A stretch of DNA of 64,000 nucleotides from Callorhinchus milii. Taxonomy: Eukaryota. The notes under the pieces were generated by a model. That model made no database searches. It was not told the origin of the DNA and saw nothing but the letters and a program-made list of their open reading frames with translations. The stretch's first letter is position 1. The number at the start of each line of letters is the position of its first letter. The stretch is taken from NCBI RefSeq assembly GCF_018977255.1, contig NW_024704742.1, forward strand, positions 46,874,001 to 46,938,000, read 5' to 3'. Of this stretch, positions 11,702 through 24,270 are shown in pieces. Made by a program: the position numbers and the translations under genes.

Positions 11702-13680
11702 CTTAGTGTACTGTACTGTAGTGATTATCGTTCTTACATGAGTAACATGTGGCTTCTTGACGGAACAAATGCTGGCTCAAACAATGCCTTATAGGCTTCC
11801 TGCTGTGATGGAAATTTTCAAGGGCCTAATTCTTGATAATTATTTGGGCGCTTGTTAGGGCAAATCAAGAGAATACTGACAATGTTGAGAAGATTTATAT
11901 ACGGGGACAAGCTGACTGAAAGCATGCTGAGATATTGATCTGCCATCTAATCATCTCTTAGTCGTTGGATTAGAGTACTGTGGATATGGTAGCAATATTT
12001 AAAGGCTCAGTGTAGTGAATACCTCCATCCTATACTGTGGTTCTTTGATATCAGTTCTGCAGATGCAGGCAATGTGAGGTCTGTAACCACAGTGTTTATC
12101 ATGCTCAGTGATCAGCCAGGCCACATGCAACCTTCTTAATGTCACTGATAGACAAACAACAACAACAACTTGCATTTATGTAGCTCCCTTCATGCCAGAC
12201 GACATCTTGGAGCGCTTAAATAGTAAGGTGAAGTATACTGCCGACAGATTGAATCAATGTACTTGTGATTACATGCCATGAAAAGGAATACAAATAAATT
12301 CATGCCAAGAGATTTTTTTAATTCAAAAGTCTACATTCATGTTTGCTGGAAACTGGGGGAAAATGTGCAGAAAATACATATATTTGCTCTTCATTACCTG
12401 ACTCCACCCAGTGAATACTTTGACAGCAAAACTGCAGTTATGAACTCATTGTATCCGTTTGTCTCTTGTATGCTTTGAGTTGATTGAGATACAGATTTAG
12501 TCATTCCTATTTATAGCATATTTTTAATATGTGGAATGAAGCTATAATGCTCAGAACAATATTAACTCAGGATAAAAACAGAGACTTTTTACAGTATATT
12601 GAAGACCAAAGATCTCTGCATAAAATGTTTTCCTGATATCCCAGTTTTCATTATATACCAATATTCAAACAATCCTCAGTTTTGTTAAATCATAATGTTG
12701 GGAGTTATATAAGTATATATCAAGGGGTACCACAAATTTTCAACTTATTTTTAGATCAGCTGATTGAATTTAAAATATAATAATATTCATATATGCCAAT
12801 CAAATGTTTCTCAGATTTGCTGCTATTTTTATACAATTGGTTTCCTAAATACATATGATAAATACAGTATAAAAATACATTTTTTATCCCAGAAATGACG
12901 GTTATCATACATGTGATTTAATAGGTTGGCTGTTTGTGGGATATTATTATGTGCAAATTGGCTGCTGCGTTCGCCTCCAAAACACTTTACAGAAAATCCT
13001 GTGAAGTGCTTCAAAATACTTCCGATGTGAAAGCTGCTATATCGAACATCAAAAATGCAGGAATTATTTTCTTAATAATTTACTAACCTGTGTAGAAAAT
13101 GCTTTGTAAAGCATAGAAGACAACGGCAATGCAACAGTCCCCAAATGCAGTTTGGATAGCTCAATCATTGAAGCACAAATTGCATTTCCCATGAGGCAAA
13201 AGGCAGCTGTTGTGTTTTCTTTTAATAAATGTTTTCCTGGAACATTTATTATGTTATCCATCATTTTCATATCAAATTCCTGAATTTGCATTACAGAACA
13301 CAATTAAAGTCGTGTGATTTGATAAGCTAAAACAGTGAAATTTGGAATGCATTTCATTACCTGTAGCTCATTGTGAAGTCTGGCGATAAAATATAAATGT
13401 CCATGAGAAACAGTCAGTTTGAACACAGCCATGTGTGGTAAATAAATGACTGCAGCTTGAGTCATCCAGACCCAATCTGTGAATGTTATAAAAATGCTTA
13501 ATGAAGACCTTTAGATAATGTCAGTAGAGGGATAATAAGAAAAAGGGAAATTGACTAATTTGCATTTAACTCAACTGCAATAATTAAAATAAATTAAAGT
13601 ATGCATGAGACTGTAAGAAGCTTAATTAAACTCTGTGGGTGTTTCTTAAGCAGTCAGATAAAGCAAGAAAGAGCTTTCCC

Positions 13681-13705
13681 AGACAGACAGACAGACAGAC
13701 AGACA
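13681..13705. repeat. (AGAC)n microsatellite
   Basis: Directly visible tetranucleotide run. Confidence 0.9.
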
Positions 13706-14847
13706 GGTAACTACACTGGATTAGCGGAAAATGCGTCATATTAGACTGCTTAAGGTACTTGACTTGATTGAATGTTAACCACGGCATCGATAAAAGTCAT
13801 AGAAAGTCCCTTTGAACTGGGAGATGAGAACGTTTCCTGTGATTTTCGTAACAACAATAACAACAACTTGCATTTATATAGTGCACTTCATGCTGGGTAG
13901 CATCTTGGAGTACTTAACAGTGGTGGAGCTTGATGCTGGCCGGGGAGAGAAAGGGGTGGTGACCGTAGGCACAGTTAAAGAGGAAGGTCTTCAGGTGCGA
14001 TCTGCCAAGGAGGGGGTCTAACTGCTGATCTGTCTAAATATAAATTAAAGTACAAATAAGAAAATAAATAAAAAATAAATGGTAAGTGAAATAAGAAAGG
14101 AGAACTTGTTTTTTTATGGCAACTTATCATGTCTAAATGTTGCAAAGTACTTCACAAATAATTACTGTAAAGTATAGTGATTACTTTTGTAGACAGCCAT
14201 AGCAAGGACACGGGGAACATTTCCTTTCTCTTGTCATATAACATAATTTGATGTATTCCTGGATGAACAAATGGAACCTTGGTTGATAAAATTATATTGT
14301 CTTGATGCATTTCAAATTATAGCTGTTCATCATGGCACATGGATTTGTGGCATATCATTATATACATCAATGCAACATTGCCAGATCATTGTTATAAGAT
14401 ATACAGATGTCAACTCTATTGAATAAGATTTCTAGTCAAGCAGAACTGATATTAGCTACTCCCCACCATAATGAAAACTAAAAGGCCAGCCAGTGATAGT
14501 GAACCAACAAGAAAGGTGTTTTTGGTTGTCACTATTGTTTCTGTTCTCTTTACACAACAGACTAATCCCACTGACATGATTGATAGATATTGGTAATGCA
14601 TGAAGATCTCCCCATTGACTTACTTTCTTCCAGCCTGCCTGCTCTATTGCTTCGCTGCTGAAATGGAAGATAGCACAGGGCTCCATAGCATAGCTCAAAA
14701 AATTACATTAAAAAAATTGTTAAGCATATCTGAAGGCATGGTTTTAAGAAAACTTTAGAGGTATCTTAATCCCAGTGCTCTAAGGCTTGGATGTAGCAAA
14801 ACTTTGTTATGTCCATATTTAGGATTTTACTACAGCAGAATACAAAT

Positions 14848-15332
14848 TATAATAATAATAATCCTTGCATTTGATATAGCGACTTATTACATCTTTGAGA
14901 GTCTCAAAGTGCTTCACAGAACATACTGCAAAGTGGATTGACTGTAATTTGTGGGTGAATCAAGACAGCTAATTGCAAACAGCAGTGTTCCACAAACAGT
15001 CGTAGATTAAGTGACCCAATTTTTTTTGAGGGATTCTTACCCCAAGAAAGACTGAGATTGATAGATTTTTAAAAACTAAAGGGATTAAGGGATATGGGGA
15101 TAGGGCGGATAAATGGAATTAGGTTAGAAGATCAGCCATGATCTTATTAAATGGCAGGGCAGGCTCGAGGGGTCGAACAGCCTACTCCTGCTCCTATTTC
15201 TTATGTTCTTATAAAAGCGATCCGCCAATCGAATAGTAACCAGATTTATATGTATTGCTAGGTAAACAGAGGCGTGTGGAGTAAAGAAACTTGCCTAAGG
15301 TTTTTCCTTGCCCGGGAATTGAATCTGGGTTC
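14848..15332 (-). mobile_element. tRNA-derived SINE, long form, interrupted by a CR1 insertion
   Basis: SINE body at 14848-15047 resumes at ~15213 (AAAGCGATCCGCCAATCG...). Confidence 0.8.
15048..15212 (+). mobile_element. CR1 LINE 3' end nested in the SINE
   Basis: GATCAGCCATGATCTTATTAAATGGC...CCTACTCCTGCTCCTATTTCTTATGTTCTTAT, a shark-type CR1 3' end. Confidence 0.85.
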
Positions 15333-16499
15333 AGAGTGTGCAGAATCCAGCAAAGAGATGGGGGGGGATGTATTTGAGCTTGTTCATGAATATATATGTG
15401 CCTTCTCATAGATTTTATATCATTTCAGTCAAATGATTTTTTCTTTACCAAAATATCATTGCATTGCCATATGAAGACACTAACAGCCATGGTTCAGTAG
15501 CAATTAATATCAGGGCACTAAATTCCAGCTGAATCTACTTTATTCCAAAGCAGAAATGCTGATATTTTCAGTCGGTCTATATATTTGAATAGAACAACAA
15601 CAAAAAAGGCAGCATTCTGATATTTATATCAAATTAAGTACTAATGGCACAGAAAGCTTTGGGGATTTTGATACCAAGTATTAGCATTCAGTTCTTTTTT
15701 TGGGAGCAAGAGATTGATGGGCGTGTACATTTATTCAATAATGAATGCTCTTATTGACTCTCCTGAAAGTAAAGGAGTAAGGAATGAATATCACTGTCAG
15801 AGGAGTTTCAGTTTAGCGATGCTGTTCTGCTTGCCTGAGCATGTTTGCTGTATAAAAACCGAGAACATTAGCAATGCTTAAGAAAGCTAAACTCTGGGGA
15901 TTGTGCATTCATGTACTGCATCTAGGCACATTCCCTTTACAGAGGCAGTGGATAGTAAAATGATTATCACTAAAATGGACTGTAGAAGAAATACGCAAAC
16001 ATGACCTGTAATTGCCTTTAATGTAAATTCCAAGGCATTTAGAAATCCACAAGAAATTAAGGATATCCTTCTTTGCATTATTCTTGCTTTCTTGTTATTT
16101 GCATTCTAACCAGCGATCTTTATATAAGATTTCGTTAAAAACGTGTTAATCACCGTTTTCCTGGGCTTTATTTTTTATATATATTAAAGGGCAGCATTCT
16201 GGTTTTAATACAAATTTCATATTTTTTTTAATTCGCACAGACATTGACTGCTACCCAGTCAAGCAGGCATGGAATTGGGGAAGATGCTAATAAGTTAATA
16301 CTGAACTAATGCTTTTTTAAAATAAAGGCCATTGAACAAAAAAGGTGAAGCAAAAAGTATATAATTAAAGATAATTTTTTGGCTCCCAGAAATCTACCAG
16401 ATAAAATTAGTCATTCATTTCATGATTCTTGGTGAGACATTGCTGCGTGCAAATGGCCTGCTGCATTCGCTTACAAATACACAGTCACTACTATTAGCA

Positions 16500-16690
16500 G
16501 TGGCTCCGAGGTGAATGACAGCCTTGGAATAGCTTTTGAATGGACAAATGCATGCACAAGGGTTTTGGCTGAATTTGGGGTAAGGTACAGTGAGAGGCAG
16601 GCAATGTGGCGGAGGTGGAAGAAGCCAGTCCTGGTCAGAGATCGGATGTGGGGGAGGAAAGACAGCTGGGGGTCAAACCAGATGCCTAGA
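16500..16690 (-). mobile_element. L2 fragment
   Basis: LGIWFDPQLSFLPHI...TLVHAFV peptide. Confidence 0.8.
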
Positions 16691-16746
16691 CGTCCGACTC
16701 CAGCTGCTTGTGAATGTCTGGCATCCGCTGTCAATCAATCACAGTT

Positions 16747-16816
16747 TGACTCCTCCCATCTTCATCCTGGAGCTGGTCATCGCTGACCAGCTCCAGGATG
16801 AAGATGGGAGGAGTCA
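16747..16816. repeat. perfect 33-bp inverted repeat with a 4-nt loop
   Basis: TGACTCCTCCCATCTTCATCCTGGAGCTGGTCA-TCGC-TGACCAGCTCCAGGATGAAGATGGGAGGAGTCA. Confidence 0.95.
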
Positions 16817-17665
16817 TCGCTGACCAGCTCCAGGAGCCGATCGAGACACCGAAGTCACGAGTAAGTTCATCCAGCAGCGACCAGTGAGACATTTTGTCCG
16901 GAGTAACCAGAGTGTTGTACAAATTAACCAACGTGTTTAAAATGCGCAAGAATACAAATGAATCGGGATCAAGCGTTTTGTCCAATTTACCTGGCATCTG
17001 AGGTTAACCAGCTTCCAGCTAAAGCCACCTCCACTGTATTTGGATTTAAAAGTGTAATGTGGAAGTCCAGTGTGGAAGAATCTGCTGCCACTCAGGTGGG
17101 GCAGTGGGGAGGGTTCAGTCAGTCAGTCAGTCAGTACCTTCACTGGCAATCTGTCGATACTGGGACATAACCAGGGGGAAAATTGAATTTTGAGCCTTTT
17201 GAGACCTTAAAAAGTACACTCTGTGTTATCTTGATGAAGTTTGATTTAGAAGTGATGACTTACACCATTTTAAATTAAAGTAAGGAGACTGTAAAACCAC
17301 CGTGGGAGATTGGAACTAACATAAATACTGAAAGGTGTACAATTCGGAACTTCAGAGTCAGATCAGGATTTCGGATCATGTTCATTAACAAAAATTAGCA
17401 GAATAAAGGGCAAGCCATAAACCTGCTTCAATGTAATGGATGGAAGGAACACATTCTTTGTCTATTTCCAGATTCAGCACAATGAGGTTGCTGCTTTTGA
17501 TAAATAAGACAGTGGGGTTCTAATGTGCGTTTTTTCTTAACAGATTTTATAAAAGGAAATGTGCAATTATCAAATTTCTAAAGCATGGACTGTGCTAAAC
17601 AATGGATTATTCAATTCATGAAATATTGTTGAATTAATTCAGGATATTTGGTATGATAGAGATTC

Positions 17666-18041
17666 AATAACAATAATAATCCTTGCATTTGATATAGAAA
17701 CTTATCACGTCGCTGAGACATCTCAAAGCATTTCACAGAATATACTATAAAGCAAATTGACTGTATATTTTCTGGGCGAAATGCAGCAGTCAATTGTACA
17801 CAGCAGTGTCCCATGCACATTGGATTGTCGTGGATTGAGTGACCAAATTATTATAATTTTTTTTGAATGAATTATTTCTCCCATAAAGCAATCCACTAAC
17901 AACCGGATTCCTACTTACTGCGAGGTAAACAGAGAGGTATGGAGTAAGGAAACTTGCCCAACGTTTTGCCCTACCCTGGAATCGAACCCAGGTACTCTTG
18001 CTTGCAAAGCGAGTGCTCTAACCAATATACTACAGGACTCC
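17666..18041 (-). mobile_element. tRNA-derived SINE, long form
   Basis: Head, central block and tail all present. Confidence 0.9.
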
Positions 18042-18379
18042 TCGGTGAATAATTAGATATTACGAAATCTTAAGAAATTCTACAATTACTATTCCAATTT
18101 GGTTTGTTGTTTTCCTTAGAATTGTCTCAAATTGATAACTTTACGGCATATATTCTGTGAAGTATTTTGACCCGAAGATATTGTTTGCGGAGTTACTGCT
18201 TGGAGTAAAGCACTTAGTAGGTCAAACGAAGGAATCACAACAGCAGGACAGTCAGCAGGCTCTTGGCTAACAGTGCACTGGCCATAATGTTGGCATTTAT
18301 AGTTTTTTTTCCCCCTGAGTTAACAGCTCCGACTTTTCTCAGCAGTTCTTCTCTAGCTCTCGTGCAGATATAATAATCC

Positions 18380-18625
18380 TCTCATTTGATGCAGCACTTT
18401 ATCATATTATTGAGTCATTGCAAAGCACTTCATCATGAAGTAAAGTGTAGTGACTGCATTTTGAAGGCAAACGCAACAGCCAATTTGCACATACCCATGT
18501 CCCACAACCAGCAATGAAATGAATGACCAATTTTATCCGGGGGATTGTTGGCCAGGACACTGTGAGAAACTCCTTTCTCCTATTGAATAATGACCTTGAT
18601 TTAACATTGCATCTGAAGTATCCCG
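18380..18625 (-). mobile_element. decayed Deu-type SINE 3' portion
   Basis: GTGTCCTGGCCAACAATCCC and AAATTGGCTG blocks on the minus strand. Confidence 0.6.
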
Positions 18626-19196
18626 GGTTCTTGGCATAAGAATGATGCATCATAGGAATGTATATGTTATTGCTAAGCTTTATTAGTATAAGACATATTT
18701 TTTGTATGCACTCTGAGACGCTACCCGCATGGAGGGCACTATATAAGTGCAAGTTGTTGTTGTTGAATATTTGCAATCACTTTAACATTGCAAGCCATTA
18801 TTAGATTTGGTTTAGTTGAATATTATGCTGTTGTGATTATGTATTTTGGTTATAATGGAAGTTGCTTAACATTTGTACTGCTATATCTTTTTAAATAAAA
18901 TTCTGCTGAGAACCTTTGTAACCTTGTGAATGTGTGACTAGGGGATTTGGTACGCAGATGTAGGAGTGCATTGGCAGTCTCAAAGTTTGAGAAACAGAGT
19001 GTAGTATCGTTGGGGGGGAGGTGGGGGGGATTGGGAACCAATGTAAGTTGTTTGAAGTCTCTGTTCTCTTACGTAAAGTATAACACGGGTCAAGGACAGC
19101 ATTCAACATGTTTGTTTTGGGGATATAAGTATTGGTAAATGACTACCCTAATGTTGAAACAGCCTCTAGAAGGAAAAAGACAATAAAGACACTGTT

Positions 19197-19235
19197 GTGT
19201 TCTGTCGAAGGGTCATGGACCCGAAACGTTGACTC
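19197..19235 (+). ncRNA. minimal type I hammerhead ribozyme motif, probably inactive
   Basis: Core CUG(U)CGA versus consensus CUGANGA; stem II GGGUC/GACCC; GAAA; palindromic ACGU helix III; partial stem I GUGUU/GACUC. Confidence 0.65.
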
Positions 19236-19334
19236 ACTTTCCTTTCTCCATAGATGCTGCCTGACCTGCTGAGTGTTCCCAGCAACTTCTGTTTTTGTTT
19301 GGGGATTTCCAGCATCTGCAGTATTCTGCGTTTT
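19197..19334 (+). mobile_element. Penelope-like element terminal repeat fragment with hammerhead motif
   Basis: CTGTCGAAGGGTCATGGACCCGAAACGTT followed by GATGCTGCCTGACCTGCTGAG...CCAGCATCTGCAG, recalled as a common shark repeat. Confidence 0.75.
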
Positions 19335-19945
19335 GAAGACAGTGTTTCCCAATTTGGGAAATATTACTTCCTGTACATGCACGTCACTATACAAAGGTTT
19401 CTTTAATAAAACAGGTTATTGAAGGAGCATCAGTCTCTGTAAGCTTGGCTATCTCGGTGTTCAAAATCTAAAAATTATACATTAATAGTTTATTTTATTT
19501 AATGTACTTAGATACATGTAACAATACAACACTCCCCAATCACTACATTAAAGTGTCAGCTTTTGAATTCAAAGTTCCATTATGTAGCTTGAGCACATAA
19601 CCTTCTGACTCAGAGACACAAATCTTACACTCGCATCAGGTTGGCACCTAGGTAGAATACCCAAATATCTATATATTGTATCACCAGCATAGCCACAGGC
19701 ACAACTTTATCATCTATACTGTACAATAATAATCTTTGCATTTGATAAAGCACTTTTCATGTCAGGAAGGTGTCTGTTGTCAAATATACCTTATTCACAG
19801 CACACAACCATTCATTTAAAATGTATGCATCAACAATTATTCTACATATTTAAACAGGTTTTGAACATTTGATTTCTTATTTATTTATTTATTTTTATTT
19901 CATTTATGCTCTTATTTATTTATTTCACTTTATTTCATGCCTAAA

Positions 19946-20313
19946 AGTCCTGTAGCCTAGTGGTTAGAGCACTTGCCTCGCAAGCGAGAGGACCTGGGTT
20001 CGATTCCCAGCAGGATGAAACAATGGGCAACTTTCCTTACTCCATGCGTCTCTGTTTACCTAGTAGTATGTAGGAAACTGGCTGTTAGTCGATTGGCGGA
20101 TCGTTTTTCCGGGAAGAATAATTCCTTAAAAAAAAATTATTTGGTCACTCAATCCACGAATGTTTATGGGACACAGCTGTGTGCAAATGGCTGCCCCGTT
20201 TCACACCACAAAATATACAGTCAATTCACTTTACAGTATATTTTGTGAAGTGCTTTGATACATCTCAAAGACGTGAAGAAGCGCTATATCAAATGCAAGA
20301 ATTATTATTATTA
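19946..20313 (+). mobile_element. tRNA-derived SINE, long form
   Basis: AGTCCTGTAGCCTAGTGGTTAGAGC...GGTTCGATTCC...GCGCTATATCAAATGCAAG(ATT)n. Confidence 0.9.
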
Positions 20314-21414
20314 AAAGAACTGCTGTGCTTACATAGAGACTTTTACTGACACTGCTACAGCAAACATTGTGAAATTGCCAAGCTTTAGGATTATTTAATT
20401 TGTCAAATAAACATTACCGTAACAATATATATAATTAAGATAATTAAGAGCATTGTTGACAAAATATTATAATTGACCATAGAAATATTAATGCATAATC
20501 CTACTCCAGAAATACAGCTTTCCTCCCACATCTCAATGTGTTTGCATCAATAAAACAGCATAAGCCATCCGGAGCAACGACAACAACAACAAAATTACAT
20601 TTGTATAGCACCATTCACGTCAGGAGGACGTCCCGAGGCGCTGGACCATCAGTATTTTGGAGCAGATATTCGATAATCTAATGACAGCATTGCTAAATAT
20701 ACATATGAAATTAGGATTGTGAAGAAAAACAAATTCTACTCTTCCTTTTGCAATACCTTTTGCAAATAGTGTGACTGTTCTCTGCCAGAAGACAACTAAT
20801 GGCTTTCCTTTGTAAGTTGTTAATGGTTCTAATAATCCCCACTTTCAGATGATAAAGGTCAGAAAATAAGGTGTTATTTATTTATACCACACAAAACACT
20901 AAACAACTTCAATTAGAGATCTATTGTTCCTCAGAGCTGCATTTTATTCCTGAGCCTCCCCTTCCCCATTTGGCACAATTGATTTTGGAGACACAGTTAA
21001 GAGGCGGTAGCCCACTCCAGAGGTGGCCTGACACAGTGTGGTTGACAACTTGCCGAGCAGCCAAATACTGTACAATGAGATTTCAGTTTGAGAAGCAGCT
21101 ACGCTTCTCTCTCTCCCTTTCTCTCTCACTATGTATCAAGAATATGTGACCATTTGATGGTTGAACCTTCATTGAGGTTATATACTGTAACATGTCTTCA
21201 TCTCAGATTTAGTTATGTTTAGTTTCTGTAAAAGAATAATGTCTGCTGGTAAAGTAAGTTGTTTCTGTGTATGAAATGTAAGTGTTTGTCCGATCTTTGC
21301 TGTGAAGGGATTGTCACGATTATATGTAGTGTCTGCTTTCAGCTTATTTGGTGCCTTCCATAGTTGCCACATATGACTGACACAAAGGTAATAGTACTAC
21401 CAACTGTACCAACA

Positions 21415-21818
21415 TGTCAGCTTAGCTCAGTTGGTAGTACTCTCTCCTTTGTGTCAGTTATATGTGGTTTGTGAAACATCAGCATTGAGCCCACAGTCTA
21501 GAATGACACTTCAGTACAGCACAGACGGATTTCTGCATTCTCAGAGGTGTTGTCCTTCAGAGGAGATGTTAAATAAAACTCTTATCTTCCTATATACGTG
21601 GATGTTGAGGATCCCATGGCACTGTTTGAAAATTGAAAGGAGGTATCCTAGTCAACAATCCTCCAGATAAATTGCTCATTCACATTATGGCTATTTACGG
21701 GACCTGCTGTGTGCAAATTGGCTGTTGTGTTTAGCTAAAAATAAACAGCAAATCCTTGTGTAGCACCTTGAGATCTTTGGACGTTATGGGCATGATATCA
21801 AGGTCAATTGTTATTATT
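21415..21818 (+). mobile_element. decayed Deu-type SINE
   Basis: tRNA head TAGCTCAGTTGGTAG and GATCCCATGGCACT core. Confidence 0.65.
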
Positions 21819-22149
21819 AAACATGCACACAACCACTGCACTCACAAAGCTTGGGAATCAATGTCAGGCTATTGGGTCTCACAGTGTCTGCTGTGACAAC
21901 CACATTTAACAATATAATTTGGAAGTCCCCAGGGACGATGTTCATAGAAGATATTGAACCATCCATGGAGATGGATAAGTCATTCGTTGCTCTGATGCAC
22001 AAATATTAATTTTTCTAATATCCTATGAATTATCCCCCCCCTCCCTCGAGGACATAAGAAATCACGGAATTAGAAAATATCATTCAGTTCATTAAGTTCA
22101 ATCTTCCACAACCACGTCTAATTTACCCATTGTGGATTCTTACCCATAT

Positions 22150-22590
22150 AGCCTCGCAGAATGGTAGCACCCTCACCTCTGAGTCAGAAGATTTTTGGTT
22201 CAAGCCCCACGTCGGGATTTGAAATCACATAGTCGAAACTGAAACTCCAGTGCATTGTCGGAGGTGCCGTCCTTCAGATGAGACGTTAAACCAAGGTGCC
22301 GTCTGCCTGTTCTGGTGGATGTTAAAGATCCCATGGCACTATTCGAAAAGAGAAAGGAGTTTCTGCCAACAATCCCACAAATAAAACAAGTCACTCACTC
22401 CATAGCTGTTTGTGGGACATTGCTGTGCGCAACTGGCTGCCACATTCACCTACAAAATTCACAGTCACTGTATTTGAGTCACTTTGTATCTACAAAATAC
22501 GCAGTCACTATATATCCTGTGAAGCGCTTTGAGATATCTCGGATAATGTGATAAGACACTGTATCAAATGCGAGGGCTATTTTTTATTAT
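22150..22590 (+). mobile_element. Deu-type SINE
   Basis: GATGAGACGTTAAACCAAGG...AAAGATCCCATGGCACTATTCGAA core plus the 3' module shared with the other SINE. Confidence 0.8.
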
Positions 22591-23635
22591 GCATTATTCA
22601 TATTTCAATGTGTTGAAAAAGACAATCAACAACCAATATGTTTCTAAGATATTTCTGTTCAAAGAAAAAAAGAGTGCTTGCAAAACGCCTTGTCGTAACC
22701 TTGACAAATTAATATTTACCTCCATATGGTGCCCACAGAGAAAGGGTCTGGAGCAAAAACAACACCCACATAAAATTATAAAACATAAAATTAAAAGCAA
22801 ATGCTCATCCCTACTTTTGGCTTCAATGAGATTAAAAAAAAGTGTATCTTCTGTCATCGGAACTGAGCACACACTGGTTCACATTGAGAAAAGTAACCTC
22901 TTCAGTGGATTCTGGCTTCAATCACAGAGTGATGAGCTGAGACGGCATCACCCATTATACTGCTAATTCTTTCAAATGGCAAGTAATAACAAGATAGCTG
23001 AGATGCAGTACACTACACTCAAGTGTGTGTTAGCCATATTAGTCTCTTAAACCACTGGTAGAAAACAGGATCACCTTCTTGCGATTCTGTGATACCTCCC
23101 AAAGGCAAAAACGTCCAATTTTCTCAATAGTAATGGTTTCCAGATTTGGATCAAACCTCTTGATTTGACTGTGCTGTGGTTTCCATTATCATGTGCTGCA
23201 TCTCTATTACCTCTGCAAAATGCTCAATCTACCAAGGCTCAATTCAAGGTTATACTTTTAACATATTCTCCCACCCTAACAAAAATACAGGCAGTGCAGT
23301 TACTTTCATGCATTTCTTCCAGCAGTTCTGACAAGCAAAAATAAAATTTCCTACAAAAAATATAAAACTACCATTTTATCCATAACAGAAAGGAGTCAAA
23401 GAGGTCTTGGTCTTGCCCAATTTTATTTACTATCTGAATAAGGATTTTCTGTCATGAAGGAAAAACTGTTACACTAAAAGCGATTGATATGTTATACCAA
23501 CCTTCCTCTGTGACCTTCTTCCCTTCACTGACTAACAGGGGCCTGTTTCATGTCTTCCGCCCTATATGCCTCACAATTGGTGGGTGTGCTCTCAGTTTTC
23601 CACCCTGCTCTCTGGAAGTCCAACCTGGTGGTATA

Positions 23636-24270
23636 AACACCACCAACAACTTGCATTTATTTAGCGCCTTCAGCAGGATAGCTTCCCTGAGCGCTGTACA
23701 GTGACAGGGTTGGATGTCGAGCAAGGGAGAAGGTGGCGGGAATAATCATAGATCAGGTCAAAGCATAGTATTAAGTAGGTATTTAAAGAAAGATAAAGAG
23801 GTGGAGGGATTGAGGCAGGTAGTTCCAGAGGTTAGGTTGTAGCAGCCAAAGGCACGGATGCTGATGGTAGTCCATAGGGCCTGGGGAATTTACTGCAGGC
23901 CTGTTCCAGCTGATCAATGGGGTGGTCAGTGGACTTAGAACAAGCAGGTCAGAGAGGTAGGGAAGTGCTTGGTCATGAAGGGATTTATATCTGAGGGTGA
24001 GGATCTTGTAATCCATCCAGGGAGCGTGTGGAGCCTGGTGAGAAGTGAAGTGTTGAGCGTGTGGCGTTCGCTGTGGGCAAGGACTCAGGCAGCAGAGTTT
24101 GCATGAAGTGGACCTTGTGGATGCTGTAGCCGGGGAAAACACTGAGGAATATGCTTGAGAAATCAAGGTGGGAGGTGACAAAGGTGTGGGTGAGGGTTTC
24201 AGCGGCATTTGAAGTGAGGTAGGGGCAGAGGTTGTGCACAAATTCAGCGAGTTTAAGAGATGGGCCAAAG
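23636..24270 (-). mobile_element. older L2 3' fragment
   Basis: AETLTHTFVTSHLD and YKILTL..PYLSDLL peptides; tail at 23636-23700. Confidence 0.8.
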
